Source of the DNA: Paramecium tetraurelia
Taxonomy: Eukaryota
Reading direction: 5' to 3'
Assembly: GCA_000165425.1 (NCBI GenBank)
Contig: CT868061.1
Coordinates: 1 to 64,000, forward strand
Length of the DNA: 64,000 bases
The notes beneath the pieces were generated by a model. The model was not told the DNA's origin and ran no database searches. It worked only from the letters and a program-made list of their open reading frames with translations. Shown here in pieces: positions 1 through 13,805 of this stretch. The position numbers and the translations under genes are program-made. The first letter of the stretch is position 1. Every line of letters starts with the position of its first letter.

Positions 1-960
1 ATTCTTGCTGCTGCTATTGCAATCATTTTTTTTTAATAAATGGATTGGATTATTTTTTAAATTTCTGTGCCATTTAGTAATATGAGAATTGCCAGTATTT
101 AGATTTGGATATGAAGGGACCTGAAGATATGCAATAATATAATAGAACAACTATTTTTATTGGTGCAGGAAATTTTTAAAAGCTTTACGCCTAAAATAAA
201 ATAGAACTAGAATAATAAGGAATCTATGCCATAATCAATTCTGATTAATAAGATTTCTAAGTTATGCAATTATAAATGATTGGATATCCAAAAGAGATAG
301 CATTGAACATTCACGGGATTTACCTTAGGAAATAAAACAACAGAGATTTTTTTTTTTAATCAATCATGCATACAAATATGGTGGTGAAAGGATGGAAATA
401 TTTCAAATATCAGAACAATTAGATCTAACATATTAATATTCTATTTTAGTTGAACAAAATATAATGAAATTTTGAATGATTTGATTGTTATTGATAACAA
501 TAGATTATTAACAACTATGTCTTTGCCATTGTCTGACCCTATTGAAGGTAGATCTTCAATGTCAATTTGGAATTTTGCTTAAACTTTATTTATATTTTTA
601 GCTAGATTGAAATAAACCTATGTTATAGATTGCAGATTTGAAACTACTCAAGTATTGATATATCCATAATGCAAATCCCTATAACAAACATCAGGAATTA
701 TGTTAAATGGCATAACATGGAACAGACTTAACACAATTTGGGTTGCAGACTCTGCTTAAAAAGTGTTTACTGAATACTTAATTAAAAACGACACTTAAGA
801 ATTTTCACGATTCTTAAACACAAAAACTCGGATAGATAATGTAGAATTCCAAGAAGATATTAATACGATCATTTTTGGTTAAGGATTACAATTATCTGGT
901 TTTTTTTCATTATTATCATATATGAAATCAATAGATTCATATAGAGATACATATTTTTGA
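1..960 (+). pseudogene. Paraoxonase/arylesterase (PON-like beta-propeller), 5'-partial, frameshifted
   Basis: Code-6 translation gives GPEDM, IHGIY, INHAY, LNDLIV, LNGITW and IDNVEF motifs typical of PON. The frame breaks at the T-run ~347-357 and again near 455-465, so this is a pseudogene or a sequencing error next to the gap. Confidence 0.6.
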
Positions 961-1002
961 AAATTGGGGAGCATTAAGTTAATTTAATTTGACATCAAAT
1001 TA

Positions 1003-1152
1003 NNNNNNNNNNNNNNNNNNNNNNNNNNNNNNNNNNNNNNNNNNNNNNNNNNNNNNNNNNNNNNNNNNNNNNNNNNNNNNNNNNNNNNNNNNNNNNNNNN
1101 NNNNNNNNNNNNNNNNNNNNNNNNNNNNNNNNNNNNNNNNNNNNNNNNNNNN
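1003..1152. other. Assembly gap (150 N)
   Basis: Run of N. Confidence 0.99.
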
Positions 1153-2127
1153 AATCCAACAGAGCCTTGAACGAACACTCGCTGCGTGGTAGCAAGTAAA
1201 AAAAAGAATAATATTAGTGAAATATAAAAAATTAATAAATAAGTTAAATATGATAAAAGTATTACAATATTTAATATAAAATTAATGCGTCGTGGTTTGG
1301 TCCTATTAATTTTATTTCAATGGTTGATTTTCATTTTATTATGTTATTTTTTTCAAATTCAATTTTTTTTGTACTCTTTTGATCAGAATAATATATGATT
1401 TATTGTGAAATTTAGAATAATTAATTAAACAGATGTTTTATTCTCTGGATTTTCATTTTTTCTTTATACTAATACTCAATTTTATTTCAAATTATCTTTA
1501 TGCTCATCAAAAAAATAAAAGTAGACTATTTTATATGATGGAAACTTTTAATTTGAGATTTTGTTAAATAGAAGTTCTGAGATTTTCTCCAATAATTATT
1601 AGCCGCCTACAGAAAAAATTATATAAATTAATTTTTTCTTTATAATTCAATAAATAACCTATTTATAAATTTATTTAAACAATTATTATAAATGCATTTA
1701 ATATTTTAGTATTTTCTTTGGAATTGCATTTAAATTAATAAAACATTGGAATCCTATTAAAACATATTAAAACAATAGGACGATGAATTAGAAAAATAAT
1801 ATCACATTCTTCAAATTTCTGCCAATCAATTTATAAATAGTAATGTCTCAAAAATTTATCTAATATATTAACTTCCTATATGTAAAGCCAATGCAGAATT
1901 ATTAATATTTCTCAATCAATTCAAACTTTACTTCTTTTACTAAGAATTTTTAGTTTGAAGACAAACTTTTCAGATTAAGATAATAAATTTCAACTATAGT
2001 CGTCTCTTATACAAAAATAGAATCATGCAAAGAGCTTCTTAAAAGATGAACAATAGAAAGGCTAAATCAAATATATAATGTTGTTTATCATTTAAATGAA
2101 ATAAATTCTTTATGAATTTAGAAACTA

Positions 2128-3459
2128 TCATACATCAAAGTAGTTCTTTAACATTTAAAAAGATGCTTCTGGCTAATCAGTAGAAGTCATATGTCCAGCA
2201 TTATAAACCACGCAAAAATGTAGTAATTTATAAGACTTAATCGTTCCAGCGGTTTCTTCCTCTTAAGTTATTGGATTAATAAATTTCCATTAAGTTTTTT
2301 TTTGTTTCTTCCATGTTGGCAATTCTTACCACTTTAATAAATTCACCCATTATTCAACTCCAGCAAGAGTAACAACTGTATCTAATTAACCTTAATAAAC
2401 GAAAATTTTAATTTTTTCTTAAAGCAAATATTCTATAGAAGGAAGGACAGAAATGCTTTGATCCTCTGCAAATGCAGCATAAATATCTTGATTACATGAA
2501 TTAAAAGTAATATTTGTAGGAAGATCAAATTATTCTTTGTGGTTATTAATAAAATCTTCATATTACACTCCAACATCAGTATTATAAAATTGAATATTAT
2601 ATCTAAAATTTGGTCCAATAATCTCGTTAAACATTATTTCTGCGTCCCTTATAGCAATATATCTATCAAACTCTTTATTTTCAGCAGCTTCTAATGCTTC
2701 AATCCCAGATTTCATCATTTTGCCATATTAGTACTAGTCTATGACACCATAACTTAGTAATTATGGAACCGTAGGTGTAACTTAGACTTTAGGATGTGAC
2801 CATGCTCCTCCAATTCCAATTCCAACTAAATTTATTTTAGTTTGTTTCTTTATTTTTTCTGCTAAAACAGGAATATAATGGCCAGCATAACTTTCTCCCC
2901 AAATATGCATTCTTGCATTTGCCAGTTCTTTATTCAATTCAAAAAATTAAGCCAATAATTCAATAACATAATCAGCTGCATCCCAACTGCTATTCATCAT
3001 TTGATCTCTAGTCCAATAACTCATCCCTACAGAAAAAGGTTAATCTAAGTACAGAAGATGAGCTTGCTTATTCCAAGATGTTTTCTAAGTATTTATAGAT
3101 TAATACCCTTGCATGTAATTTTTAGTCATCATCGACTAAAATTGGCCCATTTTCATTAAAATTACTATCCTAAGAAGAGCATCCTGGACCTCCATAAATC
3201 CAAACAATTAACTCATCAGTTGGCTTTACATCACTCTTTCTAGTTGTTGCTTCTTTCAAATATAGCGAATAAAATAATCTATTTTCTGATTTTGTTAAAT
3301 CTCCAACACTTGCATATCCTGTTTCAATGTAATAATCGACTGAAGGCAGAAGGTTTTTATAGAAATCTAATTGATCATAATTATACTTGTTTGATCTTTA
3401 GAGTAGATCACGCATTGGCCGAGTGAGATCAAAACAACTAATTCCACAAAAAATAACAT
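2128..3459 (-). CDS. Serine carboxypeptidase (peptidase S10), secreted
   Basis: Signal peptide [53 protein letters not shown] (catalytic Ser); YQGQLD; NAGHM (catalytic His); tiny introns near the 5' end. Confidence 0.92.
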
Positions 3460-3819
3460 AAGTAATATGAAAAGATTTTATTCTTAAAAATTTATACACT
3501 ATACAATTACCTAAGGCATATCGTCATCTTAAAAATAATGGAGAATAGAAACTAATGTAAATTCTATTAAATGTATATTATATTTAAATTAAAAAGGTCT
3601 TCATAACAGATAAAAATTATAATATTAAGGATAGTTACCATTGTATTAAGATTAAATTTAAACTTTTATTTGTAATTACTATTAGAGCATCTTAATATTA
3701 AGTGCAAAAGTGATTGCTAAAATTACAAAAATTAATTTGCAATACTTAATTAAATACTGCACTATTTATGAAATATTGAACATTTTATTTAAAGAAAAGA
3801 ATTGCTTAATTTTTATATA

Positions 3820-4900
3820 ATTTATGAATATTGCATACACAACTAAATTGGGTGGTATGGAATCAAATTGGATAATAATAAAAATAGGGACTTGTGAATG
3901 ATAAACTTTAAACGAAATTGCAATTACAATTACAATGGAGAAATTTTGTTTTAGATTTTAGAAGTAATAAAACAGTTTATGAAATAGAAGATTCAATATC
4001 AAGGCTAAGCAGCAATCTTGATTAATTTAAGTCTTTTTCAAATCTCTAATTTTAATAGAAAAATGTTTTGTCTTGCTTAGAGTATTACTCTAAAATAGGT
4101 TTCGATATTTTTTGATATTTTCTAAAAATGAAGGAAATACAATATGAAATTCGATCAAATCGTATTAGCCGAACATTCAAAATTACTAAAGCATAGTTTA
4201 AAATAATTCAAATTAAAAAGGAGTCTAAATTTTGAAAGTAGGATCTATTTATTATTAAATTAACTTACATTTTAATCAATGTATAATGTGAGTTTTTTTA
4301 TTAATTTTTGAATTCGTCAACGAGAATGATTTCCTTAGGAATAATGTATTTCTGAAATTTGTTATTGAAACTTTAAAGATTTTGCAGTCATACAAATTTA
4401 TTTATTCAATCTATCTTATTTACAATTTTAATAGAAACAGACGATATACTGTGACCAAACACAAATAGTTATACAATTTTTGTTACTTTTTCCATTATGA
4501 AATGAAATCTCTCAATACTATCTCTCAACACAACATATTTTATGCTGTGATTATATTTGCCTCTAAGAGAAAGATTTTGTGATATTGAAAAGAAGGGAAT
4601 AAAGTGAATATTAGGTAAGTTTAGATAAAATTGAAATATCAGTCCCTTGTTTGTTTGCTAATTGGAATTGATTTGAATTAAATTATGAATAGTAATCTTA
4701 AAAATTTTAAATTGAAATATAATTGAAAATTTGACTGAATTTTGGGTATCGGCCTAATTTTGAAATAAATATTAATTTTTAAAAGATGCTAATTATTTGT
4801 AAGGAATCTACATTTTAATATTACTCCTTGATGGTATTTTTATGTATCATGAAAATAAAGTAGAAATTACGAAATCTCAAATAAAAAGGAAACTCTTACA
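3820..4900 (+). pseudogene. Decayed coding-like remnant
   Basis: Stretches of plausible codons interrupted by TGA stops and frame changes; no family recognised. Confidence 0.25.
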
Positions 4901-4988
4901 TGTGAATTTGTGATTAAAAATTCCATCCACCTAGAAATAATATTTTTGTGAGAATCATAATAAATATTATAATTATTTTTAATAGAAA

Positions 4989-7161
4989 ATGGATTAAACA
5001 TAGGAATTTATTCTTCGTTCTTCTATGACTCGTTCAAAAAAGGAGTTTTTGGATCATATTAAAGAAAGAAAAATCTATTTCCCCCCCAATTTAGAATCCA
5101 GACTTTTGCAATGGAATTGCTACCCATTAATAAATTTTAATTTAGAGGAATTAGAAGTTAGTTTTGGAGTTTTCTTCTTTTAGATTTTAAAACTATCTTA
5201 AAATTAGACAGTGAGGGATGCATTTTAAGAATAACTAAAATTTTAGTTAAAAGATTTGCAGCAAGAAAATTTCAAGAATATTTGTCTTTGGGTATTTTAG
5301 AGATAATCATTAACCCCTTTTCCTCAAAGTAATGAGTTCAAAAGACTTGGTGATTGCTTTAAAGAAAGTTTTATTTATGAAAAGCATATTTCAGATAAGC
5401 CTCCTTCCTATTATAAAAGTTAAAATGGCACTTAAGTTTCCGAAATAAGTGAATAAGAAGTAAAATATCGAATTGTATTATATACACATAAAGATGAAAA
5501 AGGAGAAACACGTTATATCATATTTTCAACAAACAATGATATTAGAAGATTGTTTCCAATATAAAATTAAATTTTTATTCCAAAAAATAACTTAAATTAA
5601 AATCAATAACCTTAACCTTCCTTGAATTTCAATTCTAATAACCAAAAATTTGTATTAACAATTTAAGAATAAACTAATATCTAAGGGGAGTTAAAGGGAA
5701 CAAATATTTAACCTTCAAATGGGTAACCAAAATAGTCATCGATAAAGAACAGCCCTCTTTTTCCAAATGGGGTTATCTAATAATAATCACAATAATAATA
5801 ATAATAATAATAACAACAACACTAGTAATAGTAATTCTAATAATACTAACCATAATAATACTAACCATAATAATACTAACCATATTAATACTAACCATAT
5901 TAATACTAATAATAATAACCGTAATAATACTAATACTAATAACCATAATAATAATAATAATTTTAGCAATAATAGAAATTATAAACAAATTATACTAATA
6001 GTAATACTAATGCTAATATTTTAACCAATAGTTTTATTAATTTTAATTATATTAATGCAAATACTAATAACATGAATCTTTAATAAAACGGAAATGTATT
6101 ATTTTCTTAAATGAAGGTAATACCAAAATTAAATAATGGAATTTTCGCATCAACAGAAACAATATTATAGTTTCAAGATAAATTAAAAACTCCAATTTTT
6201 CATTCATCTTCACTTCCTTGTAATTCAAGTTAATAGAACGTATCAGAACAACAAGAGACAGAAGAAATAGATGTGCTTTCTACATAACAGATTAATCAAC
6301 TTTCATAAATTAAAAAAGATAATGAGGTGCCAATACAATCCAGAATTTAGACTAACTGCTAGCTGAAGCGATAAGAATCTGAAGAATGCTAAATATGCAC
6401 TATGAATTATTAATAAGATTCAAATGAAGCCTTAAAGACTCCTTGCTGCTTTCGGATAGTTCATGCTGATTGCTATAAACAAAGTTTATAATAAAAGGCA
6501 ATATAACATATGAATTTTGACCTAATCACTTGTTACTCTTGTATGCAATCATTAAAAGGCTATAATGAATTTTTAAAAACAAATATTTCTATTTCACTTT
6601 ATGGTGAAATTGTAAAAAGGAAATTATTAGCAGAAATTCCTCTCAAATGTTGTAAATGTTAACTGCCAATTAAAGCTAGCAAAGAGATTCTAAGTAAATA
6701 GGTAAAGCTAGAATGTTTATAATGCAATACGATGCTTTGTAGTTTGTGTCGTCAAGAATATCATGGCGAAAACTAATATGTAAATGTTATAATTATAAAA
6801 GAATTAATCCTGTCCAAGTCTATTAATCGATATTTAAAAGGCATTTTTGAATATGCCAATTCTTGTTTGTCCTTTTTGTCTGCTACTTCAAACAAAGGAT
6901 GATAGATGCAATCATGTGAAATGTTTCAGTTGCTAGAAAGAATTATGTTCAGCTTGTTCTGTGGATCGAATTCCAATATTGGCTCATGGAAATCATTATC
7001 ACAGAGAAGGATGTCCTGACTATAAGCAATGGGAACTCAATGATAAAGTAGTTAAAAAAAAAGAATTCGATAAAAAAAAGTGTTAAAGATGTTAGGAATC
7101 AGGTAAACCTTGTGAATATCCAATGAGTTTGTAAGAGTACAAGAAATAAATACAGTTTTGA
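4989..7161 (+). CDS. RBR (RING-IBR-RING) E3 ubiquitin ligase with Q/N-rich linker
   Basis: Open code-6 frame from ATG 4989. RING1 CQIC..PCCFRIVHADC..CYSC; IBR CCKC..CLQCNTMLCSLCRQEYH; RING2 CPFC..KDDRCNHVKCFSC..CSAC. 22-nt intron 6780-6801. Confidence 0.85.
5779..5975 (+). repeat. (TAA)n poly-Gln plus 15-nt tandem repeat TAATACTAACCATA(A/T), encoding QQYQP/YQYQP
   Basis: Directly visible tandem repeats inside the RBR reading frame. Confidence 0.9.
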
Positions 7162-7229
7162 TGCGAAACAATCTCAATTTTATTACCATAAAATAATATT
7201 TTTAAATTAACAATATTGTCTAATTATTT

Positions 7230-8302
7230 TCAAAAATTTTGAAGACGCTTTTACATATCTTCTTCTAAATTTGTTAAATAATTCCCTAACTCTTCTCCAA
7301 ATCCAAACCAATATCCCATACACCAACATATATATGCCTATCTTGCCTATTAATTTATATATGTTAATTACATGATCAAATATTGGATTAAGATCAATTC
7401 TAATCAAAAATTTGTTATTTTCTAGTACTTTGTGGAATTGTTTTAGTCGACTGCTTAAAATTGGAGCATTAGTTATTGAATCGGAACATTTATCTAATGC
7501 ATTTGTATAATGATTTAGTGCGAGCCAAATTTATTTATGAAAACAAAAAGTGTATGGTATATACATATATTCTTATACCTGATATGAGAAATCATCAAAG
7601 TAAATAACAATTTAATCAGCACCCTCTAAGCATCTCTTTAGCTAATCTTTAGTAATTTACGATTGATCTTTAATGGAAAATTAAAACCCGTTAAAAACTT
7701 GTAAAGCCACATTCATATCTTGAAATATAGAGCTTAAATTAACAATTTTCATTTATATTTTAAAGAACATTTAACCGACCTCATACCCATACTACTGATA
7801 CTATTTGTCTTAGAATAAATTGAATTAGTCACCTATTATATTCAAATGCGAGTTTACTAAAAAATGATGATTCGAAAAGTAAATCAATTATCTGCCTCCA
7901 TTATTCATCTATTTAGCATACAATAGTATTTTTTAATTTTAACCTCAAATTGTTGAAATAACTTATTAACCATTATAACTAGGCACTTTATTTGGATAGA
8001 TCCTTGTTTAAGTCTACCTTAATCGATTCTATAACTTTTCCAAATGCATTCCCAAGTTCATACCATCCTGCTTGCAATTAGTCTTAATGCTGCTTATTTG
8101 ATAATTCAACAGATTTAGAAATATTAGCTAAGAAACCATCGCAATCTAAATTTTCCATGTAATTGATTTCATTTGTTTAATACATTAAACCTAAGCCAGC
8201 AAATATACTTTTTATAATTAAACTGCATTTTTCTTAATTTGAATACTAAGCCTTGACATCCTGAAGAATTAATAGAGTAATAATTAAGCAAACTTTATTC
8301 AT
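7230..8302 (-). CDS. Secreted helical protein of unknown function
   Basis: Signal peptide MNKVCLIITLLILQDVKA; internally repeated W..lG..lG/F motif (GWYELGNAFG, YWFGFGEELGNYL); ends with TGA. Confidence 0.6.
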
Positions 8303-8453
8303 TTAATAAAATTATCAATCAAAGAAAAAAATTATTAATCAGTGTTTATAGGATTAATAAAAGCAAGTTCTCAGTATATATAAATGATATATGGCATCTA
8401 AAAATAATTGATTATAAAGAAGATATTATTTAAGTAAATAAATTAATCTTATA

Positions 8454-10409
8454 ATGATTTATAAACCTGACTTATTAAAATAAGAAAAGTAGATAGATAG
8501 AACAATTAAAAATTTAATCTATGAGGGAATTAATTATTAAGTTTATGAAAATAACAGTGGTCATCTTATAAAGTAATATAAATTTGAAAATGTTTATGAG
8601 CTTAATGAATTGATTAAAACTTTAGAATTGGAATTGTATTTAAGTAAGTAAACTGACATTCTTTATGCTCCCCAATATTATTATGTAGAAGAAAACACTA
8701 CGATTTATATTCAATATTAATTATTTAATAATTTGCTGAAATAAGTGATATAATAAAATTAAAGCGAAACACTAAAATAAAAGGAGGATTAAGAATTATA
8801 TAATGAATTGATTGATGATGATGAAAAAATTTATGAAGTAAACCCTTAGGATTATGCAAAAGAATTGCAGATCAAAACATAGAATCTTAAAGTAACTTAG
8901 AATTTAATAAACACTATCATAAAATTATATGAATTGGAATTAAATGGTTTTATGATTAAAAACATAAAGCCAACCAATATTATCTATAATATTGAGAATT
9001 TGTAATTTATGGATAATTTTTTGCAAAGCATCAAATTTGAAGTTAGTTTAGAAGAGTATCTGATCCTAGATTTCGTAAAACAATAATACTAAAGTAATAA
9101 TTAGAGCTTAAAAAATCTTGGTAGATGCTACATGCAATTATTCTTATTAATTGAGATTGAAGATTAACAAGAAACAGAGTATTTAGAACTAATCAATAAA
9201 TATTATGGTTCTAAAATCTATAATTTACTCAGAATAATGATACAAAGCGATTATAAATATTTTACTTCGATAATGCAATCTCAAGAGTTTGTGGAGTTAA
9301 TTACTCCACTCAATATACTTGATAATAAGCAGCTATTTATTTAATTTTTTGAAAAAAAATAGTAGAAGAAAGATGAGATTTGGGAAAGGATAAAAAAGAA
9401 TTTTGAGGTAGATTAATAATAACAGATTTGGTAAAAGTATTAAAAGTCTAATTTGTAATTCATGATAAAAGAAAAAGAAATCGCTAAATATAGAGTAGAG
9501 TACAAAGTTTCTAATATTAATACGCATAAACTTGAGTATGATATTACGGATATTGTGATAATTAATCAGCAGATTAATCAGAATTATGAAAGAGCCATCC
9601 TCCTAACAACTATTTAAGGAAAAATAATTGTGCATTCTAATGCAACTTTATTAAACATATTCTAATGCAGTCCTAAATCATTAAGATCAGCAATCAAATT
9701 CAAATTTGAGAACAATATATATGTCGCAATAGCAGGGGACGATAAAATTATTTACGTTTATAACTAGAATGAGCTTTAGAATTCATATCCAAAGATATTT
9801 TGTTAAATAGCCAATGAAACAACAAAGTAAATTTATTCATTGCTCTCTTATGATAAGTTTTTGATATTTGGTGATGAAGTGGGATCAATTTATATTTATA
9901 AGAATTGGACATTTAGTACTAATTTAAGTGCTCATTCAAAAAGATGTAATAAACTTTATTATTTTAATAATTAATTAATCAGTGTTTCTCATGATCAAAC
10001 AATTAAAATTTGGGACAGTTTTAATTTTTTAATCAAACATATAATTACTGGACACACAGCAAATATATTAAATTTATTTATCTTTGATAATTATATCTAT
10101 TCATTCTCAGAAGATAAGATGATTAGATTTATTCAATTTAACAATACAATATAAAAATATGATTTTGTCTACTAGACCAAGTTTGATTCTGCAATACAAT
10201 CTTGCATATAGTATAATGAACAGATAATGATATTTGGAAATAAAGCTGGTTAATTAATAGTTTACAATATAAAAGATAGAATTATTTTGCATACACATAA
10301 AGTTCATTTGAATACCATATTAGCCATCTATTGGATTTCTCATTCTCAAGGTTAATTTATAACCATAGGATAAGACAAGATATTTAGAATTAATGCAATC
10401 TAAAACTGA
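8454..10409 (+). CDS. Degenerate kinase-like domain fused to C-terminal WD40 repeats
   Basis: Intronless 651-aa frame. IKNIKPTNII sits where HRDxKPxN is expected; WD repeats SAHSKRCN..SHDQTIKIWD and TGHTANIL..SEDKMIRF. Confidence 0.7.
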
Positions 10410-11237
10410 CAAATTAATATATGTACTAAGTTATCATCTTAAAATTTAATGTATAAAATATTTCTAAAAACTTCTAGTTGAAATATTATGATTCTTTTTC
10501 TTACTTTCTCTTCAAGAAGAATAATAGTCAATATTACTGTAAAAAATCGTAGATTCAATCTATATAAAATAATAAAATTTCAAAACTTCAAATGAAATTT
10601 TTTAGAAATAGTTGTTATAATCAAAAAGAACTACATTTTTGAGAAAAGGATGTAAAATTTGAAGAAATTAATTTCAATCCAACATATTGTTATTAATAGA
10701 TTGATAGATTTATGGAATGAAGATCAGTCAATCTTGAGAATCAGTGTAATGAGATTAATTCATAAAAAGAGGAAGATTTTTATTCTTATAAAAGATTAGT
10801 GTAATTTTTGAGCGGTCAATAAACATTAATTTAAATGTTTTTTCTTCTATTCTATAACTTAACAATCTATTTCTAATAGTTTATCCTAAGTTTATTTTAA
10901 CATCTGTAACTCATTAATTGTGAATATAAATATTAATTATGACCATCTAAATTCGTAGTTGAGATTCAATATTTAACTTTATAAAATAGATGTAAGATGT
11001 ATTTAAAATTAATTTTTAGTATATAGTTTAGTTAATCATAATTAAAGAACTTAACCTTACCTAATGTATATGCTTTGATTAGATCCCTAAATTATAATTA
11101 CTAAGTTTATAATTATCAAAAAAAAAGAAATAATTTTCTGTTGGTAGAATATTAAATCAAATATTAAAATTTTGAAAGTTGTAACGATTTTAAAAATAAA
11201 TAATTTGTTTGAAAAAGTTATTTAAATAAAATAACAA

Positions 11238-12089
11238 TCAATTTTTTTAAGCTATTATTCTTTTGATTAGAAATTGAATTTAACTGACAATGTCTTATGG
11301 TTGTACATTGAGAATTTATGAACATGTTTCCACAATGACTGTGGCTTACATCTTTTTTAGATTCATATATTCTGTGCATATACCTTTTATCCAATGCCAG
11401 CAATCTCTCAATTAAGGTTTTGAATGTTCAAATATATCCTTTGGTGTTAATTTAACAACTAAGTCTTATACGCATCCGATAAACTTGTCTTGCTTAATGC
11501 ATTTTTATTATAATCTATGAACCTCTTGAATAACATTTTCTGTTTTCAACATGTCAGCCAATTCTTCGAAAATTCGTTTCCAACAATTCTGATCATCATA
11601 TTTAGACCTAGTCCTTTTTCTACTATAATCTTAAGTTTAATCTTATTCATATGTGATATCCAATAAAGTAGAATGAATGGATTTATTTCTAAGATGCTTT
11701 TGCTATGATAAGTTATCAATGGTAGCTTCTAATTCTTGAATCTTATATATGAGCAAATCTCTTTATTGAGTAAGCTCCTCAATTATTTGCATCATATTTT
11801 ATTTTGTTTTACTCAATTCATCTTGAAGGAAGTTGATTTGTTATCGTAACTATTCACAGTCATCTTCTTATGATTCAGTCAATTGCAATACATCTGAAGA
11901 AGACGATAGATACTTGCGATCGTCTTCGTTATTTTTTTGAATTATTTTCAAATTATCTTTGTAACACTAGAGTTTCCTTTATATAAGTTAATAGTCTTAT
12001 TAATCTTCTTCTTATGTATTAAGAGTACAAACTGAAGGAATCAATTGGCTGGGATGTGAATATTGCTATTATTGTTGTTATTTATACAT
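11238..12089 (-). CDS. Coiled-coil hypothetical protein
   Basis: Open code-6 frame MYKQQQQQ..; heptad-rich middle; C-terminal LRDCWHWIKGICTEYMNLK motif. Confidence 0.7.
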
Positions 12090-12154
12090 AAATGAATTTT
12101 AATTATGTTGCTAACTTGTAATTTAATATATATTTGGATTAATATTATAAATGT

Positions 12155-13805
12155 TCAATCTGCATTATAATCGTCCAATTTCTTAAGCAATTATTGTTCG
12201 TATCCAGCACTGTAATACTGAATGATTTCTGGGGGATAATAAGAATTGATTTCGTCGATATATTGTCTTAACTTGGAACCTGGATTAGCTTTGATTTCTT
12301 GGATCTTCTTTAATCCTTCTGACAATACAAATTGTCTAATGATGAAAAGGAATGTTATACTTTTTGGCTGCATTATCATTTGGTAATGTCTTTTAGAATT
12401 GATGCAAGACATATTATAAAATATCAGGAGGGGCTTCTGAGATTAATGGTTCAAGAGCAGGCAAGTAAGTGCACATTTATAATATGGATTTCAAAGCTTA
12501 ACTTGATTTCTTTTTGAGATCTTCACTGGAATCAGGGAATTTATAAACCTAGGATTGAAGGAGTAATTACAGCTAACAAATGGGATGGAACATCAGCTTC
12601 AGCCATGGCTCTTGAATGATCTGCTGAATGTCCACCTATCATTCCAAGAGACCAAGCAGAAGCACTCTTGACTGATTGATCAGGCTCTTTTATTAAAGCG
12701 TCTTTCAATGGGGCAATTCCTTTTGCTGCTATAATTCCCATGGCCAAAGCTTCGTCAAAGGCTCCGATGAATCCTAGTGTCATGATTCCTGGTAAACGTG
12801 CATCTCCCTTAGCTTCATTAATATAATCGACAATAGACACAACAGCTCCTGCACTACAGATCATTTTAGCTAGGTCTTGGGATTACCTTGCAATTTCTCT
12901 AATGCATGTTGCGTTGCGGCTTATTCTATTTAATAGGTTAATAACACGTACCTAACTCCAGGGTCTGTGTCTTTTAATCTATAAAGGATCTTGGGAAAGA
13001 ATATCCACATCTACAATAGCTTCTGCCAAATCTATAGTGTGTTTTGCAATATTGGCCAAACAAAAGCAAACAGATCTCTTCAACTCAGCATCATGATGAG
13101 GAATCAAGGCACTGAGAAATGGTGCAGCACCTGCATCAACTACATTCTAAGCCAATTCGGCTGAATGCTTACAGATTTCTGATAGGGCTCCTGCTGATAC
13201 TCTTTTCAATGTAGTTTCTGGTTCTTAAATGCAGAGCACCAATAATGGAACAGCTCCTGCATCTACTACAGCCTAAGCCAAATCTGCTGTGTGTCTAGAC
13301 AGTATATGTTTTATAATTACTTGGCAATGTAACGGAGAGCACTTGCTGCAGCTTCCTTGACACTTGGATCGAATTCCTCTAAACATTAGACCAAAGCTTC
13401 CAAGGCTCCTGAATTCACAACTGCCATTGCCAAAGTTGAAGAATGTTTAGCAACGCATCTAAGTACGAATGCTGCTGCCTTTTTGTAGAAACGATTTTGT
13501 TCTCCCAACGAACTCACTAATTATGGCAAGATTTCATTGGAAACAACTGCTTCAGCCAAATCTTCTGAATGCTTAGCCAATCTTCCCAATGCCAAGGCTG
13601 CTGATTATTGAATTGATGGCACACAATCTAAGAGCAACGGTCTCAATAAGGACATCACACCTAAAAGATTGGTTACGGTTTCATTACCTGCTGATTGCAA
13701 TGCCTCAATATTTTATGGTCTTTTTGCTAACTCAGCCACTGTCTACACAAATTAAACTCTTGCTTTTTGATAAACTTCGAAGGGTTGTAACACTGCACGA
13801 CTCAT
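12155..13805 (-). CDS. SPAG6: Axonemal central-pair armadillo protein PF16/SPAG6
   Basis: MSRAVLQPFEVYQKARVQFVQTVAELAKRPQNIEALQSAGVMSLLRPLLLDCVPSIQQSAALALGRLA...; C-terminal INSYYPPEIIQYYSAGY; tiny introns. Confidence 0.95.

Noticed and set aside
984..1195. ORFs spanning X residues
   Set aside because: Artefacts of the N gap.
1153..1196. GC-rich 44-mer after the gap (possible tRNA/ncRNA 3' end)
   Set aside because: Too short and truncated by Ns; no diagnostic motif; could equally be a CDS end.
5767..6024. Poly-Asn, poly-Ile and poly-Leu ORFs in the ORF track
   Set aside because: Shadow frames of a (TAA)n poly-Gln tract within the RBR gene under code 6.
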